Part shown: piece by piece, positions 47,888 to 64,000 of the stretch
Position numbering within the stretch: the stretch's first letter is position 1
Layout: each line of letters opens with the position of its first letter
Assembly: GCA_009914755.4 (NCBI GenBank)
Contig: CP086569.2
Location: 5,536,001-5,600,000, forward strand
Direction of reading: 5' to 3'
DNA length: 64,000 bases
From: the human T2T-CHM13v2.0 reference genome, Homo sapiens
Position numbers and translations under genes: made by a program
The notes under the pieces: generated by a model
The model's database searches: none
Told to the model about the DNA's origin: nothing
What the model saw: the letters and a program-made list of their open reading frames with translations, nothing else

Positions 47888-48254
47888 AGACTGGGTAATT
47901 TATAAAGATAAAAGGTTTAATTGGCTCATGGCTCTGCAGACTATACAGGAAGCATAGCACTGGGGATGAGCTCAGCTTCTAGTGAGGCCTCAGGAAGCTT
48001 ATGATCATGGCAGAAGGCAAAGGGGGACCCAGCATATTACATGCAAGAGTAGAAGCAAGAGAGAGAGGCAGGTGGTACCACACACTTTTAAACAAACAGA
48101 GATCGTGAGAACTCACTGACTATTGTCAGGACAGCACCAAGCCATGAGAGATCCACCCCCATGACCGAAACACCTCCCACCAGGCCCCACTCTCAACATT
48201 GGAGATTACACTTCGACATGAGATTTGGGTGGGGAAAAACATCTAAACTATATC
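47888..48254 (-). mobile_element. ERVL-MaLR LTR (THE1/MST-type), minus orientation
   Basis: gagactgggtaatttataaagataaaaggtttaattggctcatggctctgcag...acacttttaaacaaacagagatcgtgagaactcactgactattgtcagg...gagatttgggtggggaaaaacatctaaactatatca (reverse complement of tgatatagtttag...). Confidence 0.75.
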
Positions 48255-48438
48255 AGCTGGTTTCTGGCATTCTTAAAAAACTATTTTGGCCTACATATTG
48301 TTCTCGTGATGCTTCCATGGGAAAGTTAAGTCCTGGAGCTTCCTAGCCCAACATCTTGCTGAAGTCATGCTCCAAAGAGATCATCTTTTGTCTATGGTTC
48401 CATAGTAATACATTTGTCATAGATTTAAATATCCATAA

Positions 48439-48825
<387 letters not shown>

Positions 48826-51202
48826 ATAACTAGTCTTAATATGTCATAGCATAGATTTGCCAACTTTTTATTTTTTATTTTTATTTTTTTGTGTGTGGTC
48901 GTCCCCTTCCTTCTTTCCTTCTGTCTCTAGAATTACTTAGCTGTTTCTGGTGCTTTGAATTTCAATATTAGGTTAAGAATCCATTTTTCAATTTGCACCA
49001 AAAAGCGTTAGAATTTTGATTGGTATCCTATTGAATCTATTTGTTAATTTGAGAAAGATACTGAATTTTCCATTCCTTGAACACAGTATATTTCCTCATT
49101 TATGTATGACTTTTAAATTTCTCTCTGCATGGTGTTTAAAATGTTAGTGTAGCTGTCTTGTACATCTTTTTCTTATATGTCATCCTTGGAATTTTATGTT
49201 TTTTGGTCACATTGAAAATTGTACATTTTGAAGATTTGTTGCTTATTAAAAATCATTTTTGATCAGTTAATCTGCATCCACTGACCTTAATAAATTCACA
49301 TTCACTCAATAATTTATTTGATTATTTTTATTTTGAACATACACAGAAATGTGTTTGTGACTAATGAGAGTTTTATTTCAATTCTTTATTTTTTTTTTGT
49401 TATTGTTGTTTTTTTTTCTTGTCCTGATTTCATAGTCTGTTAGGGCTGGTATATTTTTGGTTTGTCCTCATTTCTGAAGTATAGGCTCTTAAAACTTTCA
49501 AACTGGTTATCTGGTATGTTGATCAAGTTGAGTTACCAGATAAAATGCAGGAGAGCCAATTAAATATGGAAGTCAGATAAACATTAAATAATTTCAAGTT
49601 AAAGTATGTCCTAAGTATTGCATGGTACATGCTTACACTAAAAAATAATTGCTATTTAGCTGAAGTTCAAATTTATCGAGGCATGCTGGACTTTTATTTG
49701 CTGATTGCAGCAATCTTATTACCAAGATTCATCCTATTTTCTCAGCCTTAACTGCAGTATTTTTTTCTCTCCAACTCTGTGAGATTGCTAAGAGCTATGC
49801 TTGGCTTCCCAACCCTTTGCTTGTAGCTTTCTCTTGTTTTCCTCTCAACTTGTTCTTAGCCTCTTAGCCTCCTGTCAATTATGGAATGGAAAATGTACTG
49901 GGGACAAATTGCTACAGAATATTGGGCTGACTTCAATGTGCTTCCCTTTCCTGTGAGATCTTGGTCTTGAAATCCTTGGAAAACTTGGTAACTCTGTGAC
50001 ACTATTAAGTATATGTCGTCTACATTGGGTAATGCTTCTCTAGTTATTAATACTGGCAGAATCAGTCTAAAACAGTCTACATTAATATTACTGAATAAAG
50101 TAACCTTTTTCTTAAAACATTATTTGAATACTCAAGTAAAACCATTTGAGGTAGAATTTCATTTTTGCTCAGTTTCTCTAGTAGGTGCACGATAATTCAA
50201 ACTATCTATGTTTTATTTTCAGTCAGTTTTATATATGACATTTTAAGAGAAGTATATCTCAGTTGACTGAATTTTCATTTTATTGCTGAAAATATATCAC
50301 AATTTCTTACTGTCTTTAAATATCTGCTCTATTTGTACTTATGTGCCTTTTTATGTTCCTAACATTTTTTGATATGCCCTTTCTCTTATTTTTCTTTATC
50401 AGTTTGACCAGTGTTTTCCATATTATTAAACTTTTAAAAGTACTAACTCTTGGCTTTGTGGATTCTTATTCTATGAAGCATTTATTTTCTGTGTGATAGA
50501 TTCTTGATATTCTCATTATTTTCTCTTTTATTCTACTTTCTTTACATTGATTTTTTTATTACTTTCAAACTTCTGAAGTTAGGTATATATTTTAGTGTTT
50601 GTTATTTTTTAATACTTATCATTAAGATTATAAATGTTGCTAAAAGTAACATTTTGCTGCTGCGTCTTGAAAAGTTTTATAAGTAATATTTTTATTATCT
50701 TTCTTTTCTCCATAGTTTTAAAATTTCATTACAACTAATTTTTTGACCAAGAAATTATTGTGTGTTTTAAAATTTCTATAAATATGACTTTTTAGGGAAT
50801 GTGCTTAATTGATTATATCTTAATTGTAGTGTGGTAGCAAATATGTTACTTATGATTTTTTGGTTGAAATTTGTTTACATCATAATCTAAAATGTGAATT
50901 TTTTAAATTGTCTTCCTTGTATGTTTGAGGATAATGTATCTTCTCTAATATTTTGGTACAGAATGCTACATATGTTAATTATATTATAATTGTTAAATAT
51001 ATTTATACAATTTTCCCTACATACACAGCCTTTTAGATAACTTGATCTATCAATAATGTAGAATTAGTCTCCAACTATTGTGGCATGTTATTTCAACTTT
51101 TTCCTATCAACATATCAATTATGGCTTGATATATTTTGAGAACTTATTAGGTGAATAAGTATATCAAATTATCTAGAGAAACAGAGCTAATAGAATGTAT
51201 TT

Positions 51203-51270
51203 CTGTGTGTATGTGTGTGTCTACATGCACATGTATAAATGAAGAGAGAGACAGAGAGAAAGAGAGACAG
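51203..51270. repeat. (TG)n / (GA)n compound microsatellite
   Basis: tgtgtgtatgtgtgtgtctacatgcacatgtataaatgaagagagagacagagagaaagagagacag. Confidence 0.7.
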
Positions 51271-52406
51271 ATTTATTTTAAGAAATTGGCTCATGTGATT
51301 ATAGTGGTTGGCAAAACCAAAATCTGCATGAGGGGCTGCTGGCTGGAGATCCGGGGAGAAGCCAGTGTTGCAGCTCCAGTCTGAAAGCCATCAGGCTGGA
51401 GAGCCAGGGAAAATCTTATATTGGTGTTCAAGTCCAAAGTTCGTGTCTTGGAAGAATCTTCTCTTGCTCAGGGGAGGTTAGTCTTTTGTTCTATCCAGTT
51501 TAAGTGATTGGATTAGGTCCACCCATATTAGGGAGAACAATTTTGTTTACTAAAAGTCCACCAATTTAAATGTTAATCTCGTCCAAAGTTATCTTCCTGG
51601 AGACATGCAGAGATATATTTGACCAAATAACTGGGCACATTGGTTCAAACAAGTTGATACATAAAATTAACCATTATAAGAAGCTTAGACTTGTTATATT
51701 TTGGTAATTAAAATTTTATCATTATTTGCAACTCTCTTTGTTCTTAATAATGATTTTGTCTGATATTAGCTTTCTTTTAATTAGTATTTTCTTAGTATAC
51801 CTATTTCATGCTTTAACTTGTAACCCATCTGCATCTTTATACTTAAGAACTGTCTCTTGTAAAGACCTTTATAGCTATAGCCTTTACAATGCTGTCTGAT
51901 TATCTCTTACTTACTTGGTGAATGTAATCTACGTATATTTTATTGCAATGGTCATTATTATTATGAGGCTTATTTCTGCCATTCTAATTTTATTTGTATT
52001 TCTTCTGCATTTTCTATATGCTTGGCTTTTTATCTATTTAGTTTTTGTCTACTTTTGTTCTTTTCCCATATTTTCCACTTACTTGGAATTTATCTTCTTC
52101 ATTATTTAAGTAATTTTCATTGAATTTTTACCAAAATAAATGTATCAGTAATTACATAATTGCACAATCACAAATCTCAATCAACCTAAAAAATGCAGAA
52201 AACATGAAAACAAGCAAAACAACACAGATATAAAAAAGTAAATTTATCTTGCCTCACCTTTAGAATAGTATAAAGAACTCAGAACCCTTTAATCCAAAAC
52301 ATTTGCATCCTGATTCATGTACTACTTTTGTCTCCTATTTTATTTTTGTTTTTCTCTAACATCATGCATTACAAATTATTTTTATTAATTAAAAAATTAG
52401 TTTGAG

Positions 52407-52625
<219 letters not shown>

Positions 52626-55600
52626 TCGTTTGAATTTACACACCTGTTTATCATTGTATTTCATCACTAGTCTGCATCTCAAACTATTCGTCTAACATCA
52701 GCTGTTAATCCTTAGAAAGATGATTTAGTACACTATCTTTCCTTTTTTCTTTGCCTGAAAATATCCTTATTCCACCATTATTTTAAATGTATTGATTTTC
52801 TGGGTATATGTATCAGTTGTCTGCTTTTATATCACAAAACAGCACCATATATTTTATCAGATGATCATAATATGAATCATCAACTTGAGTTATGTTTAGT
52901 GGGATGGTTCTTTTGCTGATCTCATCTGAGGTTAATCATGTGGCTGTGCTCAGCTTGTGGATTAGCTTGGGAATGTTAGCCTAGGATAAGAATTGGAAAT
53001 CTCAGAACTTTTGACATTTTGAGTTGTATAATTTTATATTTCGTGGGACTTTCCTATGCATTGTAAAATGTTTATGATATTCACAGCCTCTCTCTATTAC
53101 ATGCCATGTAACTCCCAAAATTGTGACAACCAGAAATGTCTTCAAATATTGACTAGTGTCTTCTGACATTTCTGGCTGAGAGACATTTAGGATTTTAATT
53201 CTTACTGCTGCTGTAACAAATTAGCAAACAGTGATTTAAAATCAAAGAAAGAGGCGGAGCAAGATGACAGAATAGAAGGCTCCACTGATCACCTCCACCA
53301 CAATGACTAATTTAACAACTATCTCCACAGAAAAAAACACCTTCATAAAAACCCCAAATCAGGTGACTTCTCACAGTACCTGGTTTTATTTTCATATCAC
53401 TGAAAGAGGCACTGAAGAGGTAGAAAAAAAAGTTCTGCATCCCGATGCCACCCCTTCACCACCGCCAACAGCAGCAGTGTGGTGGTAAGAAGAGCATCTC
53501 TGGGCACTAGGGAAGGAAGGGCATGGCAATTGCAAGGCATTGAAATCAGTGCCGTCCTGTTACAGCACAAAGGAAAGTCGGATCAAACTCAGCTGATGCC
53601 TGTCCATGAAGGGAGCATTTAAAGCAGCCCCAGCCAGAAGGGAATCTCTAATACCAGCAGTTGGAAGGTGAGTTCCTTCAAACCTCGCCACCAAGGGCTA
53701 AACTACTCTGGGTCTGTAAGAAAACTTGAAAGGCAATCTAGGCCATAAGGACTGCCACTCTTAGGTGATTCCTAGTGCTGAACTGGGCCGAGAGACAGTG
53801 GACTAGGAGAGCAGGTGACTTACTGAGACTTCAGCCCAGCTGGGCCAGCTAAGGGAGTGATGGCATCACCCCTCTCCTAACCCCAGGTTGCATAGCTCAT
53901 GGGTCCAAAAGAGGCCTCTTCCTTTTGCTTCAGGTGAGGAGAAGGAAGAGTGGGGAGGACTTTGTCTTGTATCTTGGATACTGGCTCAGCCCCAGCAGGA
54001 TAGGGCACCAGCAAGGGTTTGGAGGACCCCATTCCAGGCACTAGCTCCTGGATGACTTTTCTAGACACACTGTGAAATAAAAGAAAATGTGTTGACTTTA
54101 AGTGAAAGACTCAGTCCTGGCAGCATTCATCAACTGGTAAATAAAAAGCCCTTGGGCCTTGAATAACCAGCAGGGATACTCAAGTACTACCTTGATTACT
54201 TTGAGTGAGCTCTAAAACTTGCTGGCTTAAGGCGAGACTCAGCACATTACCAGCTGTGGTGGCTACAAGGCAAAACTCCTTCTGCTCAAGCAAAGGGAAA
54301 AGAAAGGAGACTTTTCTTGCACCTTAGGCACCAGCATGGCCACAGGAGGGTAGAGCACCAAATGAGCACTTGAGGCCCTGATTCCAGGATTTGATACTTG
54401 AGCAGCATATCTGCACCTGCCCTGGGCCACAGGGGAGCCCACTGTCCCAAAAGAGTAAGTTCTATGCCAGGCAGCATTTACCACAAGATGACTTAATAAC
54501 GCTTGGGATTTAAGGTTGCATCAGTGGTAGTCTGACAGTATTCCCCATGGCCTGTGGTGGGGGTGGCTAGGCATTTTGTGGCTTGAGTGTCACCTCAGCT
54601 GCAGTACAATAGAACACCGGTGGATTTCTAAAGCTTTTGACTCTAGTAGTTTCTGACTCCCAGCTGCCACCTGGACCCACTCAGGGCCTGGGATAACTTG
54701 TTGCCCTAAAGGAAAAAAGACAGGCCTGGCTTCCTTTTCCATCTGCTCATTGTAGGTGCCCAGGTCCTTGAACAAATATATGCAGTAGTCAGGGAGGAGT
54801 TACAACAGGCCTTGAGTGAGACTCAGTATTGTGCTGGCTTCAGGTCTGAGGCAGTGTAGTCATAGTGGTGTTGACCACAGGTGTGCCAGATGTCACTCCA
54901 TCGCCAGCTTTATGTCACTTAGAACAGAGAGAGAGAGCGAGACTTTGTTTGGTGGACAACAAGTGAAGAGAGCAACAACCTTTGCCTGGTAATCCAGAGA
55001 ACCTGTCCAGATCTAGTCTAAGAACAACAAGGTGGTATCTCCAAGAGTCTGCGAGAACCACAGAGTTCCTGAGCTTGGGTTTCCCTCTAAAGCAGGTAAA
55101 GCTTAGATCACATCACCCAAGTTCTTTCAAATATCTGGAAAGCCTTTCCAAAAGGGACAGGTACAAACAAGCCCAGACAGTGAAGACTAAAATAAGTATG
55201 TAACTCTGCAGCACCCAGACACCAAAGAGCATCTGCTTACATCAACACTATCCAGGAAAATATGACCTCACCAAATGAAATAAATAGAGACCAATCTTGA
55301 AGAAGGAGGTATGTGACATTTCAAACAGTTAATTCAAAATAACTGTGTTGAGAAAACTGAAAGAGACTCAACATAACACAGAGAAAGAATTTAGAATTCT
55401 ATGAGGTAAACTTAACAAAAACTTTGGGATAATTAAAAAGAATCAACCAGAAATTCTGGAGCTGAAAAATTCAATTGTCATACTGGAGAACACATCAGAA
55501 CCTTTTAATAGTGGACTCGATCAAGCAGAAGAAAGAATTAGTGAGTTTTAAGAGCTATTTGAAAACGCAGTCAGAGGAGACAAAAGAAAAAAGAATAAAA

Positions 55601-56634
55601 TACAATGAAGCATTCCTATGTGATCTAGAAAATACCCTCAAAAGGGCAAATCTAAGAGTTATTTAGCCATTAAGTGAAGGTAGAGAAAGAGATAGAATTA
55701 GAAAGTTTACTTTAAAAGATGATAACAGAGAAATTCCCAAACCTAGAGAAAAATATCAACATCCAAATACAAGAAGGTTATAAAACACCAGACAGGTTTA
55801 ACCCATGAAGACTATCCCCAGGCATTTAATAATCAAATTCTCCAATATCAAGAATTTTTTTTTAAAAAAGGATCCTAGAAACAGCAAGAGAAAAGAAACA
55901 AATTACATACAGTGGAGCTCCAATATGACGGACAGCAGACTTTTTAGTAGAAACCTTAGGGTCCAGAAGAGAGTAAGTAGCATGCCATCTTTAAAGCGCT
56001 GAAGTAAAAAACAAAAACAAAAACGAAAACCTTTTACCCTAGAATAGTATACGTGGCAAAAATATCCTTCAAACATAAACGAAAAACAAAGACTTTCCTA
56101 GACAAACAAAAGCTAAGGGATTTAATCAATACCAAACCTGTCCTACAAGAAATGCTAAAGGGAGTACCTCAATCAGAAAGAAAAGGATGTTAATGAGCAA
56201 AAAATAATCACCTGAAGGTACAAAACTCACTGGTAATAGTTAAGTACACACACAAAAAAACACATAATATTATAACACTGTAACTCTGGTGAGTAAACTC
56301 TCTTGTCCTAAGCACAAAGACTAAATAATAAACCAATCAAAAATAATAACTTTTCAAGACACAGACAGTACAAGAAGATATAAATCAAAACAACAAAACA
56401 TAAAAGAGGAGGAACAAAGTTAAGACGTAGAATTTTTATCGGCTTTCTTTTGGCTTGTTTCTTTATGTTATAGTGTTAAGTTGTTATCAGCTTAAAATAA
56501 TAGGTTATAATATAATATTTGCAAGCCTCATGGTAACTTCAAACTAAAAAACACACAATGGATGCACAAAAAAATTAAAAGCAAGAAACTAAAACATATT
56601 ACAAGAGAAAACCACCTTCACTAATGGAAAATAT

Positions 56635-56800
56635 GGAAGAAAGAAAGAAAGAGAGAGAGGGAGGGAAGGAGGGAGAGGGCGAGGGAGGGGGAAAGGGAGG
56701 GGGAAGGGGGAGGGGAGAGGGGAGGGGGAGGGGGAAGAAGGTGGGAGGGGGAAGGGGAGGAGAGGAGAGGAGAAGAGAGGAGAGGAGGAGAAAGACCGCA
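56635..56800. repeat. Purine-rich (GGGAGG/GGA/GAA)n tract, ~165 bp, near-pure homopurine on + strand
   Basis: aagaaagaaagagagagagggagggaaggagggagagggcgagggagggggaaagggagggggaagggggagggga.... It generates the spurious poly-G/R/E ORF at 56624-56812 and the poly-P/S/L ORFs on the minus strand. Confidence 0.9.
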
Positions 56801-56894
56801 AAGCAACCTTAAAGCAAACAAACAACAACAAAAAGTGGCAGGAGTACGTCCTTACTTATCAATAGTAACATTGAATATTAACGTACTAAACTCG

Positions 56895-57312
<418 letters not shown>

Positions 57313-59791
57313 CTATAAGAAACACACTTCACCTATAAAGACATATATATCCTGAAAACGTAGGGATGGAAAAATATTTCATGCCAATGGCAACCAAAAT
57401 ATAGCAGGAGTCGCTATACTTATATCAGACAAAATAAATTTTCAGACAAAAACTATAAGAAGAGACAAATAAAGTCACTATATAATGATAAAGGGGTCAA
57501 TTCAGCAAGAGGATATAACAAATTTAAATAAATATGGTCCCAACACTGAAGCAACCAGATAGAATTAAAAAATATCATCAGAGCTTAAAGAGAGACAAAA
57601 GTTTGAATACCACAATAGCTGGAGACTTCAACATCACACTTTTCAGCATTGAACAAATCTTCCAGACAAAAAAGAAGCATCAGACGTAATCTGCACTATA
57701 GAACAAATGGATATAATATGTATTTACAGAACATTTCATCCAATGGCTGCAGAATACACATTCTTTTCCTCAGCACATGGATCTATGTTAGGTATAGTAT
57801 AGACCACATGTTAGGTCACAAAACAAGTCTTAAAACACTCAAAAAAAATTCAAATTGCATCAGCCATCTTCTCTTGCCACAATAAAATAAAACTAGAAAT
57901 TAAAAACGAGGAATTTTTGAAACTATACAAATACATGCTTGTGAATGACAAGTGGGTCAATAAAATATTAAGAAAAAATTGAAAAAATTGAAACAAATGA
58001 TAATGGAAAAAAGCATACAAAAACCTATGGTATATGGCAAATGCAATAAAAGGGCATTGAATAGCTACAAGTGCCTACATCAAGAAAAAGGAAAAACTTC
58101 AAATAAACAATCTACTGATGCATCTTAAAGAACTGGAAAAGCAACAGCAAACCAAACCCAAAATTAGCTGAAGAAAAGAAAAAATAAAAATCAAAACAGA
58201 AATAAAGGAAATTGACATAAAGAAAACAATACAATAGATAATGAAACGTGAAACATAAAAATGGTTTATTGTAAAACAAAATTGACAAATTTTAACCAGA
58301 GTAAGAATAAAAGAGAGATGATCCAAATAAACTCAGACATATAAAAGTAGATGTTACCACTGATATTACAGTAATTAAAAGAAGCGTTAGTGTCTCCTAT
58401 GAGCAACTATGTAACTATGGATTGGAAAATCTTGAAATGGATAAACTCCTAGACACATACCACAATCAAAATAAGAAGAAATCCAAAACCTGAACAGACT
58501 AACAAGAAGCAACAAGATCAAAGCCATAATAAAAAGTCTTCCAGTAAAGAAAAGCCCGGGACCCTATGGCTTCACTGCTGTATTCTACCAAACATTTAAA
58601 TAAGAACTAATACCAATCCCATTCAAACTATTCCGGAATATAGAGGTGGAGGAAATACTTCTCAACTCATTATAGGAGGTCAGTATTGCCCAAAACCAGA
58701 GAAAGACACATTCAAAAAAGAAAACTACGGGCCAATAACTCTCATGAATACTGATGCAAAAATCCTCAAAAAAATACTCGCAAACCAAATTCGACAATAC
58801 TTCAGAAAGATCACTCATCATGACCAAGTGGGATTTATCCCTGGGATGCAAGAATGACTCAACATATGCAAGTCAATCAATGTGATACATCATGTCAACA
58901 TAATGAAGGATAAAACAATATGTTCCTTTCAATATATGCTGAAAAAGCATTTAATAAAATTCAACATCCCTTTATGATGAAAAAAAAACCTTCAAAAACT
59001 GGTTATTAAAGGAACACACCTCAACATAATATAAGCCATATATGACAGACCCATAGCTAGTGTCATAATGAATGAGGAAAAACTGAGTCTTTATGAGATT
59101 GGAAGATGATAAGGACGCCCACTTTTGCCAGTGTCATTCAACATAGTATGGAAGCCCTAGCTAGAGTATTCAGACAAGGGAAAAAAATAAAAAGCATCTA
59201 ATCTGGAAAGGAAGAAGTCAAATGTATCTTGTTTGCAGATGATATGATCTTATACTTGGAAAATCCTAAAGACCACAGAAGAAAATGATTAGAACTGATA
59301 TGTTCAGTAAATTTGTAAGATACAAAATCAATGTACAAAAATCAGTAGCATTTCTATATGCCAACACTGAACAATCTAAAAAGAAAAAGTAATCTCATTT
59401 ACAATAGCCACACATAAATTCAAATACCTAGAAATTAACCAAAGAAGTGTAAGATAGATATAATGAAAGCTATAAAACATTGATAAAAGAAATTGAAAAA
59501 AATATTCTATGTTCCTGAATTAAAAGAATTAATACTGTTAAAATGTCCATACTATCCAAAAGTAATCTACAGATTCAAGGCAATCCCTGTTGAAATCCCA
59601 ATGACCTTTTTCACAAAAATATTTTTAAAAAATTCTAACATTTATATAGAGCCACAAAAGACCCAGAATAGCCAAAACAATCCTGAATAAAAGGAACAAA
59701 ACTGGAGGAATCAAATTACCTATTTTTAAATTATACTACAGAGCTATAGCAACCAAAGCAGCATGGTACTTGCATAAAAACAGACACATAG

Positions 59792-60062
59792 GGCCAGGTG
59801 CGGTAGCTCACGCCTGTAATCCCAGCACTTTGGGAGGCCAAGGAGGGAGGATCACGAGGTCAGGAGATCGAGACCATCCTGGCTAACACGGTGAAACCCC
59901 GTCTCTACTAAAAATACAAAAAAGTAGCCGGATGCGGTGGTGGGCACCTGTAGTCCCAACTACTTGGGAGGCTGAGGCAGGAGAATGGTTTGAACCTGGG
60001 AGGCAGAGCTTGCAGTAAGCCGAGATTGTGACTCCGTCTCAAAAAAAAAAAAAAAAAAAAAA
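59792..60062 (+). mobile_element. AluY-type element, TSD ~agacacatag
   Basis: ggccaggtgcggtagctcacgcctgtaatcccagcactttgggaggccaaggagggaggatcacgaggtcaggagatcgagaccatcctggctaacacggtgaaaccc... then A23. Confidence 0.9.
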
Positions 60063-61638
60063 GCAGACACATAGAAGAATGAAATATAATAGAGAACACA
60101 GAAACAATCCACACATCTACAGTGAACTAATTTTCAACAAAAGTGCCAAGAATATACACTGGGGAAAAGATAGTCTTTTACATCAATGGTGCTGGGAAAA
60201 CTAGATGTCCACATACATAAGAATAAAACTAGAACACTGTCTCTCACCATATACAAAAATCAAATCAAAACGGATTAAAGACTTAAATCTAAGATCTCAA
60301 ACTATGTAACTACTAAAAGAAAACTTTGGGAAAAATTTCCAAGACATTGATCAGGGCAAGTATTTCTTGAGCAATACTCCACATGTACAGGTAACCAAAG
60401 CAAACATGGACAAATGGCATCACATCAAGTTAAAAAGCCTCTGCACAGCAAAGGACACAGTCTTGAAAAGAAGAGACAACCCACAGAGTGTGAGAAAATA
60501 TTTGCAAATTACTTATCTGACAAGGGATAAATAACCAAAATATATAAGAAGTTCAAAGAACTCTATAGGAAAAAAAAAAATATATATATATATATATATA
60601 AAATAGTTCTACTAAAAACTGGGCAAAGGATATGAATAGATATTTCTCAAAAGAAAACATACAAATGACAAATAAACATAGGAAAGGGTGCCCAACATCA
60701 GTGATTATCAGAGAAATCCAAATCAAAACTACATTATCTCATCTCAGTTAAAATCGCTTATATAAAAAAAGCCCAAGCAGTAACAAATGCTAGTGAGGAT
60801 GTGGAGAAAAGGGAACTCCTGTAAGCTGTTGTTGAGAATGTAAATTAGTACAACCACTATGAATAACAGTGTAGAGGTTCCTCAAAAAACTAAAACTAGA
60901 GCTACCATATAATCCAGTAATCCCACTGCTGGGTATATACCCAAAAGATAGGAAATCAGTATATTGAAGAGATATCTGCACTCTCATGTTTGTTGCAGCA
61001 CTGTTCACAGTAGCTAAGATTTGGAAGCAACCTAAGTGTCCATCAGCAAATGAACAGGTAAAGAAAATGTGGTGCATATACACAATAAAGTACTATTCAG
61101 CCGTAAAAGATAATGAGATCCTGCCACTTACAACATGGATAGAAATGGAGATCATTATGTTGAGTCAAATAAGACAGGTACAGAAAAACAAATGTCATAT
61201 GTTTTCACTTATTTGTAAGATCTAAAAGTCAAAACAATTGAACTCATGGAGAAAGAGAGTGGAAGGATGGTTACTAGAGGTGGGGAAGTGTAGTGAGGAG
61301 TTGGGGAAAGGTGGCAAAGGTTTATTGGCACAAAAAAAAATTAAAGTATAAACAAGGTCTAGTATTTTATAGCACAACAGGGTGACTACAGTTGATAATA
61401 TTTTTCATCTTAAAATAACTAAAAGAAGGTGACTGGATTGTTTGTAACACAAAGGGAAAATGAATTGATTGATACATCGTTCTCCATGATGTGATTATTT
61501 AATACTGCATGCTTGCATCAAACCATCTCATGTACCTATAAATATATACACCTACTATATACCCACGAAATTAAAACAAAAGATACAAAAAATAAAACAA
61601 CCCAAATTTCACCACAAAATACCACAAATTGCTAAAAA

Positions 61639-61671
<33 letters not shown>

Positions 61672-61699
61672 ATCCTGCACAAAAAAAAAAAAAACAATG

Positions 61700-63847
<2,148 letters not shown>

Positions 63848-64000
63848 CATAAAATTTTTTAAGAATAAAAAAACCCCACAAAAATATGTACAGTTATGAC
63901 GGATAAATTTTTTAAACAGTAAAAACATAAAGAAACCCAAATTTTTATCTTATAGCTCTGGTGCTCAGAAGTTCAAAATGTATCTTACTGGGCTAAAATC

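Noticed and set aside
56624-56812. Gly/Arg/Glu-rich 62 aa ORF and Pro/Ser/Leu-rich ORFs on the opposite strand.
   Set aside because: Translation of the (GGGAGG/GGA)n purine microsatellite.

Overview
This window is primate (almost certainly human) nuclear DNA from a gene-poor, AT-rich, repeat-dense region. It is not a prokaryotic locus and I see no candidate undescribed system. I find no supportable protein-coding genes. Every ORF of 100 aa or more in the track lies inside an Alu, an L1 5'UTR or ORF remnant, or a microsatellite. The content is three full-length but ORF-dead L1 elements at 5718-12625 (minus strand), 33520-40157 (plus strand) and 53251-61657 (plus strand, an L1M), plus several truncated L1 fragments. 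There are about 13 Alus (AluS and AluY), most with clear target-site duplications. There are also ERVL-MaLR LTRs (THE1/MST/MLT1-like), one MADE1 MITE and several microsatellites. Other repeat fragments may have gone unrecognised; the first 2.7 kb is largely unannotated. The most notable structure is an inverted pair of arms about 8.4 and 9.7 kb long, at 5718-14074 and 30466-40157, at an estimated ~90% identity, judged by eye from sampled stretches. Each arm is a full-length L1 plus about 1.45 kb of the same non-L1 flank, and the two L1 5' ends face each other across a 16.4 kb spacer. Both arms end exactly at the L1 poly(A). Each arm carries later private insertions: one copy has an Alu, the other has an Alu plus a 1.27 kb poly(A)-type retro-insertion with a 14 bp TSD, and one copy has a 55 bp hairpin-forming template-switch duplication. 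The spacer also holds a tandem duplication of about 2.2 kb (22801-29152), whose second copy is interrupted by 1.9 kb that includes a solo LTR. All calls rest on recognising repeat consensus sequences by eye; none has been checked with RepeatMasker or BLAST.
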